This document shows, piece after piece, positions 10,286 to 21,188 of a DNA stretch of 55,180 nucleotides. The notes below the pieces were generated by a model. The model was not told where the DNA came from. It saw nothing but the letters and a program-made list of their open reading frames with translations, and did not search any database. Numbering within the stretch: the stretch's first letter is position 1; each line of letters begins with the position of its first letter. The stretch covers positions 19,793 through 74,972 of the forward strand of contig CAZBNW010000002.1 in assembly GCA_964493385.1 (NCBI GenBank). The letters are read 5' to 3'. Position numbers and translations under genes: made by a program. Origin of the DNA: an uncultured archaeon. GTDB lineage: Archaea > Asgardarchaeota > Lokiarchaeia > Sigyniarchaeales > SOKP01.

Positions 10286-10717
10286 TTAAGAAATTTTTTC
10301 ACACTCTCGGTTAATAACTTTCATTGTTATATTAAAATCTTTCCACCAGTCTTGCCCTTGTTGAGCTACTAATATTGGATCTCTCTTGCGGGAGTTTAAG
10401 CATCTAATTTCCTCTTTTTGGGTTTTAATTTTACCTTTCCATATCTGAGAAATTACATTTTGCAAATTGATTTTTACTTTTTTAACTAATTCTTCATATG
10501 GAACTGAAACGTCTTCGGTCTTTTGTAATCTTTGAAGCTGGTCAAACTTTACCTTTTCTTTCGCCCGATTTAAATCACTACAACTGATTTTGATAGAAAA
10601 AGGTTCCTCTTTACCCCATTTACAATACTTTTGAATATCACATAAAGAACAATAACTTTCAAAGCTAATAGTGTAATCTTCAAGACCAATAATAGAATAA
10701 TTTAAAATTCTAGGCAT
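10286..10717 (-). CDS. Hypothetical Cys-containing protein (possible metal binding)
   Basis: 143-aa ORF with a CSLC...YCKW...C cluster. Confidence 0.7.
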   Translation of the reverse strand: MPRILNYSIIGLEDYTISFESYCSLCDIQKYCKWGKEEPFSIKISCSDLNRAKEKVKFDQLQRLQKTEDVSVPYEELVKKVKINLQNVISQIWKGKIKTQKEEIRCLNSRKRDPILVAQQGQDWWKDFNITMKVINRECEKIS

Positions 10718-10866
10718 TTTTCTTCTTTTGTTTATTAATTATTAAATGCACCCTTTGATCTATTATATTTTAGGTCAAAAAATTTTTTAAATACGATTTA
10801 TTAAAATTATACGTTAACTAACGATTTTTAAAACGTACATTTTTAGACTGTTAAAATCCCCATTAA

Positions 10867-10940
10867 GGGAGAGTGGCTTAGCCTGGTATAGCGCACGGCT
10901 GATAACCGTGAGGTCGGGGGTTCGAAGCCCCCCTTTCCCA
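10867..10940 (+). tRNA. tRNA-Ile (GAT)
   Basis: Acceptor GGGAGAG/CTTTCCC, anticodon arm CACGG-CTGATAA-CCGTG, T arm GGGGG-TTCGAAG-CCCCC; CCA not encoded; T-run follows. Confidence 0.97.
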
Positions 10941-10991
10941 TCTTTTTTAACACAAATTAATTCCAATTAAGTTCATTCAATTTTTTAATTA

Positions 10992-11609
10992 TTGTTCTCT
11001 ATTATAAAATTAGAAATGAAAAATATCATAATATCTGGAACGCCAGGTTGTGGAAAAACTTCAGTGGCAAGAGAAGTATCTAAGTTAGTTGACACTAAAA
11101 TAATATCTCTCAATGAATTAGCGATTTCAGAAAAATTTTTATTCGAATATGACAAAAAAAGAAAAACTTACATTGTCGATTTTGAAATTTTTCGACCTTA
11201 TGTATTAAAAAAGATAAAGAAGATCCAGAAGAGTAATCATCCATTTTTAATAATAGAAAGTCATTTTTCTGATATCATTCCGGATAAATATATTGATTAT
11301 GTGTTTATTTTAAGATGCGAACCGGATGAATTAATTAAAAGATTAAAAAAAAAAAATTATGACTCAAAAAAAATTATTGAAAATATTCAGGCAGAAATTT
11401 TGGGAAATTGCGTAAATTATTTTATTCAGAAACAAATAAAAGTACCTCTTTTTGAAATTGATACTACTCATCTTGATATTGAATCGATTGCAAAAATTAT
11501 TATAGATATTGTAGTTGGAAATAAAGATGGAGACAATTATCATATAGGGAAAATCGACTGGTTGGAAAAATTATTTCAAGAAAACCGTTTAGAAGAATTT
11601 TTTGATTGA
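10992..11609 (+). CDS. Atypical adenylate kinase (AK6/Fap7 family)
   Basis: P-loop GTPGCGKT, hhhESH motif and LRCEPDELIKRL...KIIENIQAEIL; likely start is ATG 11016. Confidence 0.92.
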   Translation: MFSIIKLEMKNIIISGTPGCGKTSVAREVSKLVDTKIISLNELAISEKFLFEYDKKRKTYIVDFEIFRPYVLKKIKKIQKSNHPFLIIESHFSDIIPDKYIDYVFILRCEPDELIKRLKKKNYDSKKIIENIQAEILGNCVNYFIQKQIKVPLFEIDTTHLDIESIAKIIIDIVVGNKDGDNYHIGKIDWLEKLFQENRLEEFFD

Positions 11610-11627
11610 AAATCTAGTTTAAAAAAT

Positions 11628-13289
11628 GTGGAAAATATGAAATGGGAGATATCTGATTTTGACGCTCTAGGAAGAATTGGAAAATTAACTGTAAATAAAA
11701 AACAAATTACTACTCCTAATTTATTTCCTGTAGTTCATCCCTTTAAAAATCTTATTTCCACTTCAGATTTGAAGAAAATAGGTGCTCAATGTGTTTTTAC
11801 AAATGCTTATATCATTTATCAGAATCCTCGGAGACGAGATGATATCTTAAGAAAAGGTCTACATTCACATTTGAATTTTGATGGAACAATCGCAACTGAT
11901 AGTGGAGCTTTTCAAAAATATATCTATAATAAAAGTAATCTAGAAATTCAGGCAGAAGATATTGAAAAATTCCAAGAGGATATTGGTACAGACTTTGCCG
12001 TAATCTTAGATGAACCCGTCCAGCCAGATGATGATTATGAAACAGCTAAGAAGAAAGTTGATATAACAATTGAGAGAGCTAAAGACAATATTAATCGCAG
12101 AATAAAGGATACCTGCTATTGGTTTGGACCAATTCATGGGGCACAATTCGATGATTTATTAAAAACAAGTACTCTTGAGATGAGTAAATTAGATTTTGGT
12201 GTTTATGCGATTGGGGGTTTAGTTAAATCACTTTTAAATTACAGGTTTGACTTAGTAATTAGGATACTTCTAAACGTAAAAAAGAATATTGTATGGAATA
12301 AACCCATTCATATGTTTGGATTAGGATTACCACAATTCTTTTCCTTGGCTGTAGCGTGTGGATGTGACCTAATGGATTCAGCAGCATATGTTTTATTTGC
12401 AAAAGAAAATAGATATTTCACATTATCTACAGGAACAAGAAAACTAGAAGAATTAGAAGAATTTCCATGCCATTGCCCTATATGCTGCAAATTTAAACCC
12501 AAAGAAGTATTAAATCTCGATAAGACATTAAGAACTGAATTATTAGCTAAACACAATTTATATATTTCTTTTTCTGAATTAAGAACAATACGTCAAGCCA
12601 TTAAAGAAGGTAATCTATGGGAGCTTGTTGAACAACGGATTCGAAATCATCCAAATTTAGTAAAAGCTTCAAAAATGATTAAATCATATTTACCTCTATT
12701 TGAGAGCCATGAGAAATTGTATAAAACGCATGGCAGACTATATTCCTCTCCAGAGAGTGTCCAGAGACCTCTCCTATATCGTTATGAATCAAAATTAAAA
12801 AATAACTATCGAGTTCCAAAAGATACAAAATTTTTAGTAATTTTACCTGAATTAGATGTAAAGGGAGATCAATCACCAAGTATTAAGAAATGGCTAGAAG
12901 AATTAGACACTAATTCAATAATTCCTAGAAAGTTTCTCCATATATCATTTTTTTCCGATTTTTATGGGGTTATACCATTAGAACTAATTTCCTCTTTTCC
13001 TATGGGTCAGCATGAAGCAATAAGACTATTAAATGAAAATGATGTAACTTATCAAAACTCGGTGCAAAAAATAGAATTATTCTTTAATCTCTATGCTAAT
13101 TTTTATTCTAAATGTGGAATATTAATCCCTAATAATTTTATTAATCAATTCAATGAAATTGTGGAGTTTCCGAAAAAAAATATCATGATAAATTTAACTG
13201 AAATGTTAAATTCTAATTTTAAATTAAAGATTGATTCTTGTAGTGACATAATCCCTCTTATTAAATATTTAAAAAGTGATGAAAAATAA
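11628..13289 (+). CDS. tgtA: Archaeosine tRNA-guanine transglycosylase
   Basis: GRIGKL, TPNLFPVV, TDSGAFQ, HMFGLG, GCDLMDSAAY, Zn site CHCPIC...HNL and GNLWELVE. Confidence 0.95.
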   Translation: MENMKWEISDFDALGRIGKLTVNKKQITTPNLFPVVHPFKNLISTSDLKKIGAQCVFTNAYIIYQNPRRRDDILRKGLHSHLNFDGTIATDSGAFQKYIYNKSNLEIQAEDIEKFQEDIGTDFAVILDEPVQPDDDYETAKKKVDITIERAKDNINRRIKDTCYWFGPIHGAQFDDLLKTSTLEMSKLDFGVYAIGGLVKSLLNYRFDLVIRILLNVKKNIVWNKPIHMFGLGLPQFFSLAVACGCDLMDSAAYVLFAKENRYFTLSTGTRKLEELEEFPCHCPICCKFKPKEVLNLDKTLRTELLAKHNLYISFSELRTIRQAIKEGNLWELVEQRIRNHPNLVKASKMIKSYLPLFESHEKLYKTHGRLYSSPESVQRPLLYRYESKLKNNYRVPKDTKFLVILPELDVKGDQSPSIKKWLEELDTNSIIPRKFLHISFFSDFYGVIPLELISSFPMGQHEAIRLLNENDVTYQNSVQKIELFFNLYANFYSKCGILIPNNFINQFNEIVEFPKKNIMINLTEMLNSNFKLKIDSCSDIIPLIKYLKSDEK

Positions 13290-13720
13290 CTATTTTAGAC
13301 AAAATATATGCTTATGGGCATGAGAATATTTTGGGTACTCATAACACAACTATAGAACTTACTAAGGACAAAAACTTAACAAAGAAAGGAAAATGCATAA
13401 TAGGGATTAATGCTACAAAAGCTTGTGCTGATTTAAGCCCCGATTTAAAAAAAAGTCTCAAAAATGGAAACAAGATAAAAATCACGTTAAAAATTGATGA
13501 TCTTCAGGATTACTTTTATGGTTTTGGAAGTAAAGAATTAAGATTATTAGATAAGGATGATATTGTATTTCGCAAAAGTAGTTATATATGTGATAGAACT
13601 ATTTTGATAAACTGTACTAAACCATCAAGCGAGTTAAATCGTGAATTAATTGAAAAATTAAAAATCCCTAGAAATAAATTATCAATCATATTTGAATTAA
13701 ATGAGATAAATGGGAAATAA
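13286..13720 (+). CDS. DUF371 family protein
   Basis: IYAYGHENILGTHNTTIELTKD, CIIGINATKAC and IVFRKSSYICDRT. The conserved N-terminus extends upstream of the track's TTG (13331) to an ATA at 13286. Confidence 0.85.
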   Translation: MTILDKIYAYGHENILGTHNTTIELTKDKNLTKKGKCIIGINATKACADLSPDLKKSLKNGNKIKITLKIDDLQDYFYGFGSKELRLLDKDDIVFRKSSYICDRTILINCTKPSSELNRELIEKLKIPRNKLSIIFELNEINGK

Positions 13721-14867
13721 TAATAATAAACCAGAAATTCCTTATGTTAAATTGAAAAATAAAGATGGACAGAATTTTATTGATTTTATAAAAAATAATC
13801 TTAATTCTACCCCATTTGTTAACCATAAATTTAAAATTTTACATGAAAATGATTATATATTATTTCCAATAGTTAAAAACCAAGTTCTAGAAGATAAAAT
13901 AACTAGAATAATAGATAAACAAATTAATCTTGAATTTGTTTCCAAAGAAGGAAAACCCAATGAATATTATAAATATAGAACGCTTCAGGAAGCATTAGAA
14001 GGTAAACTTCCAGATAGATATTTAGTGCTAATCCCAAAATCGTATGATATTATTGGACATATCGTAGTAATTGAGTTTGATAAGTTTAATCATATAAATG
14101 ATAAAGAATTCAATGATTACAAGAAAGAAATTGCTAAAGCGATATTATACGTAAACAAAAACATTAAAACTGTTTATGAGAAAAAAAGTCAAATAAAGGG
14201 AAAATACCGCTTAAGAGAATTAGCCCATTTGTATGGTGAAGATAAATCTGAAACAATTCATAAAGAAAATGATTGTAATTTTAAATTAGATATTAAGAAA
14301 ACCTATTTTTCTCCAAGATTGGTTTTTGAACGACGAAGAATTGCTTCAAGTGAGATAAAAGAGAATGAGTTAATCGTTGATATGTTTGCGGGAGTTGGTA
14401 CATTTGCAATACAGATTGCAAAAAAAAAAAATGTGGAAATATATGCTTTTGATGTTAACCCAGATGCTTATAGATACCTTCAAGAAAATACGAAATTAAA
14501 TAAACTAGAAGGAGAAATAATCCCATATAACATTGATGTTAAAGATCTCCTTAAACCTGCCAACCAAATAGGTCAATTATTATTACATAAAGTAGATAGA
14601 ATAATTATGAATTTACCCGAAAATTCGATTAAATTCATTGAGGAAGCTTGTTTTTTAATGAAAAAATCTGGTGGTGTACTGCATTTCTATCAATTTTCAG
14701 AAAAACCAAAACCAATTGAAAAAACTTTAAAGATTCTTGAAGAAAACTTGTCGAATTTAAATTGGGAAATTGAAGATGTAACTAATTCTAAAATAGTTAA
14801 ACACTACTCGCCCAGATCTGATTTAATTGTCGTAGATTTAAAAATAAAATCTATGAAACAATCTTAA
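13710..14867 (+). CDS. trm5: tRNA (guanine37-N1)-methyltransferase, Trm5 family
   Basis: PKSYDIIGHI, TIHKEN, YFSPRLVFERRR, VDMFAGVG, DVNPDA and DRIIMNLP. Confidence 0.92.
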   Translation: MGNNNNKPEIPYVKLKNKDGQNFIDFIKNNLNSTPFVNHKFKILHENDYILFPIVKNQVLEDKITRIIDKQINLEFVSKEGKPNEYYKYRTLQEALEGKLPDRYLVLIPKSYDIIGHIVVIEFDKFNHINDKEFNDYKKEIAKAILYVNKNIKTVYEKKSQIKGKYRLRELAHLYGEDKSETIHKENDCNFKLDIKKTYFSPRLVFERRRIASSEIKENELIVDMFAGVGTFAIQIAKKKNVEIYAFDVNPDAYRYLQENTKLNKLEGEIIPYNIDVKDLLKPANQIGQLLLHKVDRIIMNLPENSIKFIEEACFLMKKSGGVLHFYQFSEKPKPIEKTLKILEENLSNLNWEIEDVTNSKIVKHYSPRSDLIVVDLKIKSMKQS

Positions 14868-14952
14868 AATGCTGATAACATAGAGAATATGTAATAATCG
14901 GGATTAAAATATAAGAAATATAAATTGCTAGTCTATTGTTTAGGAACAATAG

Positions 14953-15027
14953 CGGACCTAGCAGGATTCGAACCTGCGACTTTCGGATTAGAAGTCCGAC
15001 GCCCTATCCAGGCTAGGCTATAGGTCC
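14953..15027 (-). tRNA. tRNA-Arg (TCT)
   Basis: On the minus strand: acceptor GGACCTA/TAGGTCC, anticodon arm TCGGA-CTTCTAA-TCCGA, T arm GCAGG-TTCGAAT-CCTGC. Confidence 0.97.
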
Positions 15028-15312
15028 TCTATTTATCTATAAAATGTCTTATACTTAATAAAATATCATATATGATGTTTAAATTTTATTATGATTTTTA
15101 AGCATATTTCACTTATGAGGTAACTATAAATAAAAAGGGTTTTGCAATAGCTGCATGAATTTAATTTATGTCGGATATTTTGAGTTAAGGTTTCTTAATA
15201 AATTAATAAATTGTTAACATATTCTTTTTAATAAATGAAATTCTTTAATAAAATTTGAGACTTATATTTATTATATTATCTAGATTTGGTAAATTAAAAG
15301 AGAGTATTAATC

Positions 15313-16035
15313 TTGCTTAAGAAAAAGAATTTTCTTCATCAAAATATTCCATATTCCTTTAACTGGAATAAGATACACCATAAAGAAAAATACTCTCAAT
15401 TAACTGCAAATCGAAACGAATTAAATAGACTCAAGAAACATTTTAAAAAAGTTTATGATGGATTAATCCCTAACAATTTATTTAATTCAAGAGAATTTCC
15501 AAGGGTATCTCAGTTTAAAATTAAAGGTATTAAATCTGCTTTTATAAGAAGTTTTAGCAAAAATTTGATTAGATCCGGTAAGATTCGATATCATGATTCT
15601 AATTCGAAATTGCCGATGTATGTTCAAAAAGTTTTTGATAATTATCGGGCGAATAATTTAACAGCCACGCCCGGACATGAACCAATTTTAAAGAATATTT
15701 TAATTAAGGATAAAAATGCTATTGCAATAGAAGTTCCGATTTGGAATGAAGAAAAAAATAAAGTTATTACAGGTCATATTGATTTGATTCAAATTGAAAA
15801 TGGTATAGTTAAAGTAATTGATTATAAACCCGAAGGAAATTTTTTACTTTCTCTACCACAAGTTGCCATGTATGGAGTTTTAATTAAATCTAAATTAAAT
15901 ATTAAAAAACTTAGATGTATTTCATTTAATAACCAAGGTGCTTGGGAATATGACCCAAATATATTAAAAATGGACATTAAAGAATATTTAATCTCCCATC
16001 GAATCAATGAAAGACCCTGGGAAACTTTTCTTTAA
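15313..16035 (+). CDS. PD-(D/E)XK nuclease family protein
   Basis: IEVPIW...ITGHIDLIQ...VIDYK...QVAMY are RecB-type nuclease motifs. Confidence 0.8.
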   Translation: MLKKKNFLHQNIPYSFNWNKIHHKEKYSQLTANRNELNRLKKHFKKVYDGLIPNNLFNSREFPRVSQFKIKGIKSAFIRSFSKNLIRSGKIRYHDSNSKLPMYVQKVFDNYRANNLTATPGHEPILKNILIKDKNAIAIEVPIWNEEKNKVITGHIDLIQIENGIVKVIDYKPEGNFLLSLPQVAMYGVLIKSKLNIKKLRCISFNNQGAWEYDPNILKMDIKEYLISHRINERPWETFL

Positions 16036-16047
16036 AATTATCTTTAA

Positions 16048-16323
16048 TTAGAGGTTCTTTCCTTTTGGCTTTGAAGGTTCAGTTTTTTCCTCTGATTTTA
16101 AATATCCGCGGAATAAGAAATAACATAAAAGTAATGAGATAAATTCGGTAATAATACCAAAAAATGTAATTATTGTACCATTATATCCTAAATATCGGAG
16201 TAATAAAGCGCATGCTAAACCGGTAGATGCTAAAATTACAAAAATTATCCCTTTTATAATTTCAAAAAAAGAATCTTTAATATACACAAGTTCTTTTTTA
16301 ATCCATGAGAATATTGAAGCCAT
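16048..16323 (-). CDS. Small hypothetical membrane protein
   Basis: 91 aa with two hydrophobic helices. Confidence 0.7.
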   Translation of the reverse strand: MASIFSWIKKELVYIKDSFFEIIKGIIFVILASTGLACALLLRYLGYNGTIITFFGIITEFISLLLCYFLFRGYLKSEEKTEPSKPKGKNL

Positions 16324-16485
16324 AAGAATATAGTCCTTGTTTTCTGACTAGCTTTTAAATAAATTAAATAAAGAATATTTTAATATCTTTATTATTTCCA
16401 AAAAATTATTTAAAAACAAGTTATTAAAAAAATAGATTGTTATATCTTTTGTGGAAGACATAACGGCAAAAGATTTTGATCAATA

Positions 16486-18900
16486 TTAAAATGATTTCTG
16501 TTTACTTTTGAATTTTGTATATAATGCTTTATCTAATAAACGTCCTATTTTTACAGCAATTTTGGTCCCAATTTCATACCTTTCTCCATCAAGTAGATTT
16601 CTTTTTTCCTCAGGAGTGGGTATTTTACCGAGTCTTTTCATTAAGATTTTTTCAATAATATCATTTACGACATTTTTAGTTTTTTCATAATCAGGTAATT
16701 TAATATCTGAAGTGAAGTTTTTAATTTTTTCAATGGCGAAATTAAAAAATTGGCTGATTAACTCTATAGGATCCCCTTTTATTTCACTGTGAAGTTTGAT
16801 ATTATCTATTGCTATTTTTGTATCTTTTTCTTGCCAATATAACTGATTTGGGTTAATCCCAGGACTATTAATTCGCATAAGTGAACTGGTGATTCTACGT
16901 TCAATCCAATTTAAAGTGCTTAATTCTTGTTCTTCTCGTATTTTTTTTGCTTTCTCTTCTTTTTCTTTTTCTTTCGATTCTATTATTTGTTCAACCTCTA
17001 ACTTACGTGTTTCTTCAGATTTTTCAAATCTTTTAATAATGTCATAACCAATAGAATATGAAATGGGAGAAATTAAATCCACTTTTAACTTTAACGGAGC
17101 AATATCCTCATATATTGGACTTTCTTTGTTTTTTAATTCTGAAATAGCATTTTTTAAAGATATCTCCATCAATCGACCCAAAATGAACCCATTAACTAGA
17201 AATGGTTGATTATCAGCATTAAATACAATAACTAATTCTTCTTGTCTTTTATTTAATCGTTGAATAATCAATTCTTCAAGTTTGATTTTAACCCATTCCT
17301 CTGAGTCAGTCGTTCCGTAGATTTTTTTTAAAGCTAAGAGAAAAAGTGATCTATCATTAGAAACCTTAAAATACAACTCTATTATTCGACTAAGTTGCCT
17401 TAAAATCTTGGATAATATATAAAAGAAAATATCTTTTGCTAATTGATTAATAATGTCTTCGAATTCCAAAATAAATAATATATGAGAGTAATTAATTAAC
17501 TTTAACTCATCTAAAAAGACTTTATCGATAACTTGCTTTTTTCCGATGTACTCTCTTAACTTATTAATGCTCGTTCCCGTTTTTTCTTCTAAAACTCTTA
17601 GTAAATCTGGATATTTATTAAGATCTTTATTTATTATGTTTATTAAGTCAAATTCGGAGATTTTATCGGATTGATCTACGATTTCCCTGATATATTCAAA
17701 ATTCAATTTGGAAATCGCCTTTTTTGCTAAATAGATTAAATTTTGTTTATCATCATTTAAAGATACAATATCTAGTTTTTTTATATTATATCTAACCATG
17801 TTTCTTTTTACTTTATTAGATAATTCTTCATCTATATTTAAGAAATATAAAACATTGTAAACACCGTATTTATTCAAAACATAAATTATATCATCAAAAC
17901 TACATTCATTTAAGCATTCCAAGAAATAGATAAAATCATTCGGATTCTCTTTTAATTTTTTAATTAATACGAATTTTAAAAAGCTTAATACTTTTTTTTC
18001 AAATTGATCATAATTTATTTTCTCTTTAAGACCATCTTCAATTTTTTTTATTAAATCTTTCTTCAAATTATTTGCTGCTATAAAAGTATTCAATCCAGGT
18101 ATTGAAATAGGAAACCGGTCAAAATTGAAATCTAAAACTTTCCTTTTTATCATTCTAACTGGCATCGCTTCTATTTGTAATTCTTTATAAGATTTAAACT
18201 CAAAATCCTTTCGGATTTTTTTTATTAATCGATTTAATGTCGCTAATTCTATGAATCTATCTTCCTTTTCTTCTAATTCTAATTTTTTCTCCAATTCAAC
18301 AGATATATCTTTAAAAGCTGCGCTTTCTTCTAAAATTTCTTTTTTGACTTCATTGGTCAGTCCTATTAAATCACCTATTAAATCGTAAAAATAAAAACGT
18401 GGATAATTTAATATAATTTCTCGTAATTCTTGCTCAATTTGAATTTCTATATCTTTTATCATCTTCTCTTTTTGAATTTCTTGAAGTTCAGGTTTTCTTT
18501 CTTCAATTAACAACGAAATAAATTTATTTTCTAAATCAATCAATTTATTGAGAAGATTAACTTCTAAAAATAATGAGTCTTTTAATAGGGAACTAACCTC
18601 TTCAATAATAATCTTTTTTTCTGTAAGTTCTAAATTCTTAGTAGAATCGTAAGTAAATTTATCTAAATCAAGAGTCTTTTGAACTCTGATTCCTAAACTA
18701 TGATATATATGAATAGTTGCTGTAGCAATTAATAAATCATTAAAGCTAGATTTCTGGCTAATAAGTTCAAAGATTTTATTCTTATCAGCTTCCCTTTTAA
18801 AATGGGAAATTATTAAATCAACTGTTTGAAAAAATCTAAACGTACTTTCAACTGCAGTTGTTTTTCTCTTAACTCCGCTAATCATAATTCCTTCACCCAT
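16486..18900 (-). CDS. Large hypothetical alpha-helical/coiled-coil protein (804 aa)
   Basis: Long uninterrupted ORF, E/K/L/I-rich, no recognisable motif; overlaps the end of the upstream gene. Confidence 0.85.
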   Translation of the reverse strand: MGEGIMISGVKRKTTAVESTFRFFQTVDLIISHFKREADKNKIFELISQKSSFNDLLIATATIHIYHSLGIRVQKTLDLDKFTYDSTKNLELTEKKIIIEEVSSLLKDSLFLEVNLLNKLIDLENKFISLLIEERKPELQEIQKEKMIKDIEIQIEQELREIILNYPRFYFYDLIGDLIGLTNEVKKEILEESAAFKDISVELEKKLELEEKEDRFIELATLNRLIKKIRKDFEFKSYKELQIEAMPVRMIKRKVLDFNFDRFPISIPGLNTFIAANNLKKDLIKKIEDGLKEKINYDQFEKKVLSFLKFVLIKKLKENPNDFIYFLECLNECSFDDIIYVLNKYGVYNVLYFLNIDEELSNKVKRNMVRYNIKKLDIVSLNDDKQNLIYLAKKAISKLNFEYIREIVDQSDKISEFDLINIINKDLNKYPDLLRVLEEKTGTSINKLREYIGKKQVIDKVFLDELKLINYSHILFILEFEDIINQLAKDIFFYILSKILRQLSRIIELYFKVSNDRSLFLLALKKIYGTTDSEEWVKIKLEELIIQRLNKRQEELVIVFNADNQPFLVNGFILGRLMEISLKNAISELKNKESPIYEDIAPLKLKVDLISPISYSIGYDIIKRFEKSEETRKLEVEQIIESKEKEKEEKAKKIREEQELSTLNWIERRITSSLMRINSPGINPNQLYWQEKDTKIAIDNIKLHSEIKGDPIELISQFFNFAIEKIKNFTSDIKLPDYEKTKNVVNDIIEKILMKRLGKIPTPEEKRNLLDGERYEIGTKIAVKIGRLLDKALYTKFKSKQKSF

Positions 18901-21188
18901 TCTCTATAGACTTCTTTAAAATTGTCTAATATTTCAAATCTAGCGTTATTGTGCCAAAATTTGAAATCTATTACATGAAAAAGATCCCCTTTAAATAACT
19001 CTCTTTCCTCATTTGTTAAAATATGTTTTAAAGTTACCGTTAAAGGTCTTGGTATTAATTTCGAAAAATATTTTAATTCTATATTTTTAATATAATTATA
19101 AAATGTCTCGTCCTCATCTAGATTAAAATAATTAAGGGGAATTATTTTCTCTATTTGAGGATTTAGATTATTCAACTCATTTTTAATATTATTTTTAACA
19201 TACTTCGGAAAATCAATATTAATATCAATACTAAATTCATAATTCTTATAAAATTCAAGTAATAAACTTTTTTCTTCAGGATTAGGTACTTTTGCTATAT
19301 ATATATCTAAAAAAGTCAGAAAATTTTCAATTTGTTGCTCATTTGATTCTCTCTCTTCAAAATATCCAATAAAATCATTGTATATCTCTGTTAAAGTCCA
19401 TATCTTTTGTTCTTCTGGTTTAAGAAATTTCTTAGAATAATCTTTTATCCAATCTAGAATATAAAATTTCCATTCAAGGTTTATACCTCCTATTCTCTTT
19501 TCTAAAAATCTATGAAATCTATTCGAAAAAGTTACAGGATCACTGATTTCTTTATCAGGTTCCTCCTTAATATAGCGATTAATTGTAGAATGCCTTAAAA
19601 CATAGCTTAATAAATAACGTAACTCTCTTGAAAATTTCTTAAATTTTTCAAGATGTTCTCTTATTCTTCCAGTATTAGATTCCATCTGGATTTCTGCAAA
19701 AGAGATTAAATCATCTATTTTCAAATCTATTACGTTAAAATAAATATCAATATTCTTATCAACTAATAAAATAAACTCTTTTATAAGTTCTGCTTCATTA
19801 TATTTGAGATCCTTTTTTAATAGAATCGAGTGTGTTTTAATTTGATTGAAAAGAAATGCTTTAAATTTTCCAATTAATCTCTGCCCTAAAATTTTCGCCG
19901 GTTTTTGCTCCCTACTAAATTTTTCATCTAGTTTTTCAATTAATTTTATAGTCAGAGTTTTTAATCGACGATGAGAAAGATACTTTGGAAGTGATATTCT
20001 AATTAAATTTAGACTTTTTTTAATAATTTCAGAAAAATAATTGAAAACCGAACTCAATTCTATTATTCTCAAACTTTTTTCTTGCTTTATTGATTGCTTG
20101 ATAAATTTTTTAGTTATTTTACATATATCTTCAAAATTTTCACTTTCTAATTTTCCTTTATTTAAAATAAAATGCTCAAATTTGTTTAATAATTCATCCA
20201 AATTTCCTATTTCCCCTGTACTGAGAAAATTTCTAGAATATTCTAAAAATTTATTTAGAAATCTTTGTAATACAATTAATAACTCATAAATATAGGAGAT
20301 TAGCCATTCTGCTGTATGAGGTTCACCATATTCTTTTATTTTTTTGCCAATATAATTAATTATAAAAACAATTATTTCATCTTGAGATTCATCTAAAGTT
20401 CCTGTATTTGCTAAATTAATGAGATTAGTTCCTAAGTTTAAAGTCTTGTCAACAATGAAATTAGCACTTGGTTCAGATATTGAATATTTAAGATGCTCAA
20501 TCGCTTGTTGCCCATCAAATGGAGTTTTAAGCTTTTGAAATTTAGAATTTAAAAAATTTATTTCCATAGGTTTTTTATACCATAAAATTTCTACGTTAGA
20601 GATAATTCTCGCATATGTATTCAACATTTCCTTTTCTGTTGGGAGAGTTCTGCTTAAACCAATTAATTTCTTGTTCCATTTATCTTCAATTAGTTCTCCA
20701 TAAAGTTTTTTACTAAATCTAGAGGCGAATTTATTATACAACTGTTGCTTATTTTCTTTCTTTAACTCTGGGTGATTAGAAAACTCTTCTACCTCAAAAA
20801 ATAATTTACTTATATTATTCAATGATTCTCTAGATTTATGTACATCTAAAACTCCTGTTTCAGGTTTTAAAGCAAGTAATAGGCTTTCACAATCTTTAAA
20901 TTTGCCTGGTATGAAAATCATTGATTTTGGGTAAATATTAATTCGAGCACTTTTTTCATCAAAGTTGTATAAATCAAACTCTATACTAAACACTTCTGCT
21001 CCTGTATAATCCCGTAAAAATGCATTGTACATTGTTAAAAATTTAATAACTTCTTGTGAAAGCTCATTAACTTTTTTTCTCGTTAACCTTCCAGGGCCAA
21101 TTACATCTCCAGCAATAACATCATTTGGCGAGGAATATCCAAATATCAATGAAAATTGGTAACTTATAGATTCGCGAGTTGTTATCAT
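18882..21188 (-). CDS. Large hypothetical protein (768 aa)
   Basis: Long uninterrupted ORF with no recognisable motif; coupled to 16486-18900. Confidence 0.85.
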   Translation of the reverse strand: MITTRESISYQFSLIFGYSSPNDVIAGDVIGPGRLTRKKVNELSQEVIKFLTMYNAFLRDYTGAEVFSIEFDLYNFDEKSARINIYPKSMIFIPGKFKDCESLLLALKPETGVLDVHKSRESLNNISKLFFEVEEFSNHPELKKENKQQLYNKFASRFSKKLYGELIEDKWNKKLIGLSRTLPTEKEMLNTYARIISNVEILWYKKPMEINFLNSKFQKLKTPFDGQQAIEHLKYSISEPSANFIVDKTLNLGTNLINLANTGTLDESQDEIIVFIINYIGKKIKEYGEPHTAEWLISYIYELLIVLQRFLNKFLEYSRNFLSTGEIGNLDELLNKFEHFILNKGKLESENFEDICKITKKFIKQSIKQEKSLRIIELSSVFNYFSEIIKKSLNLIRISLPKYLSHRRLKTLTIKLIEKLDEKFSREQKPAKILGQRLIGKFKAFLFNQIKTHSILLKKDLKYNEAELIKEFILLVDKNIDIYFNVIDLKIDDLISFAEIQMESNTGRIREHLEKFKKFSRELRYLLSYVLRHSTINRYIKEEPDKEISDPVTFSNRFHRFLEKRIGGINLEWKFYILDWIKDYSKKFLKPEEQKIWTLTEIYNDFIGYFEERESNEQQIENFLTFLDIYIAKVPNPEEKSLLLEFYKNYEFSIDINIDFPKYVKNNIKNELNNLNPQIEKIIPLNYFNLDEDETFYNYIKNIELKYFSKLIPRPLTVTLKHILTNEERELFKGDLFHVIDFKFWHNNARFEILDNFKEVYREWVKEL

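Noticed and set aside
15313-16035. PD-(D/E)XK nuclease as Cas4 or part of a tRNA-integrated element
   Set aside because: No Cas4 four-Cys Fe-S motif, no integrase, and no duplicated tRNA 3' end seen.
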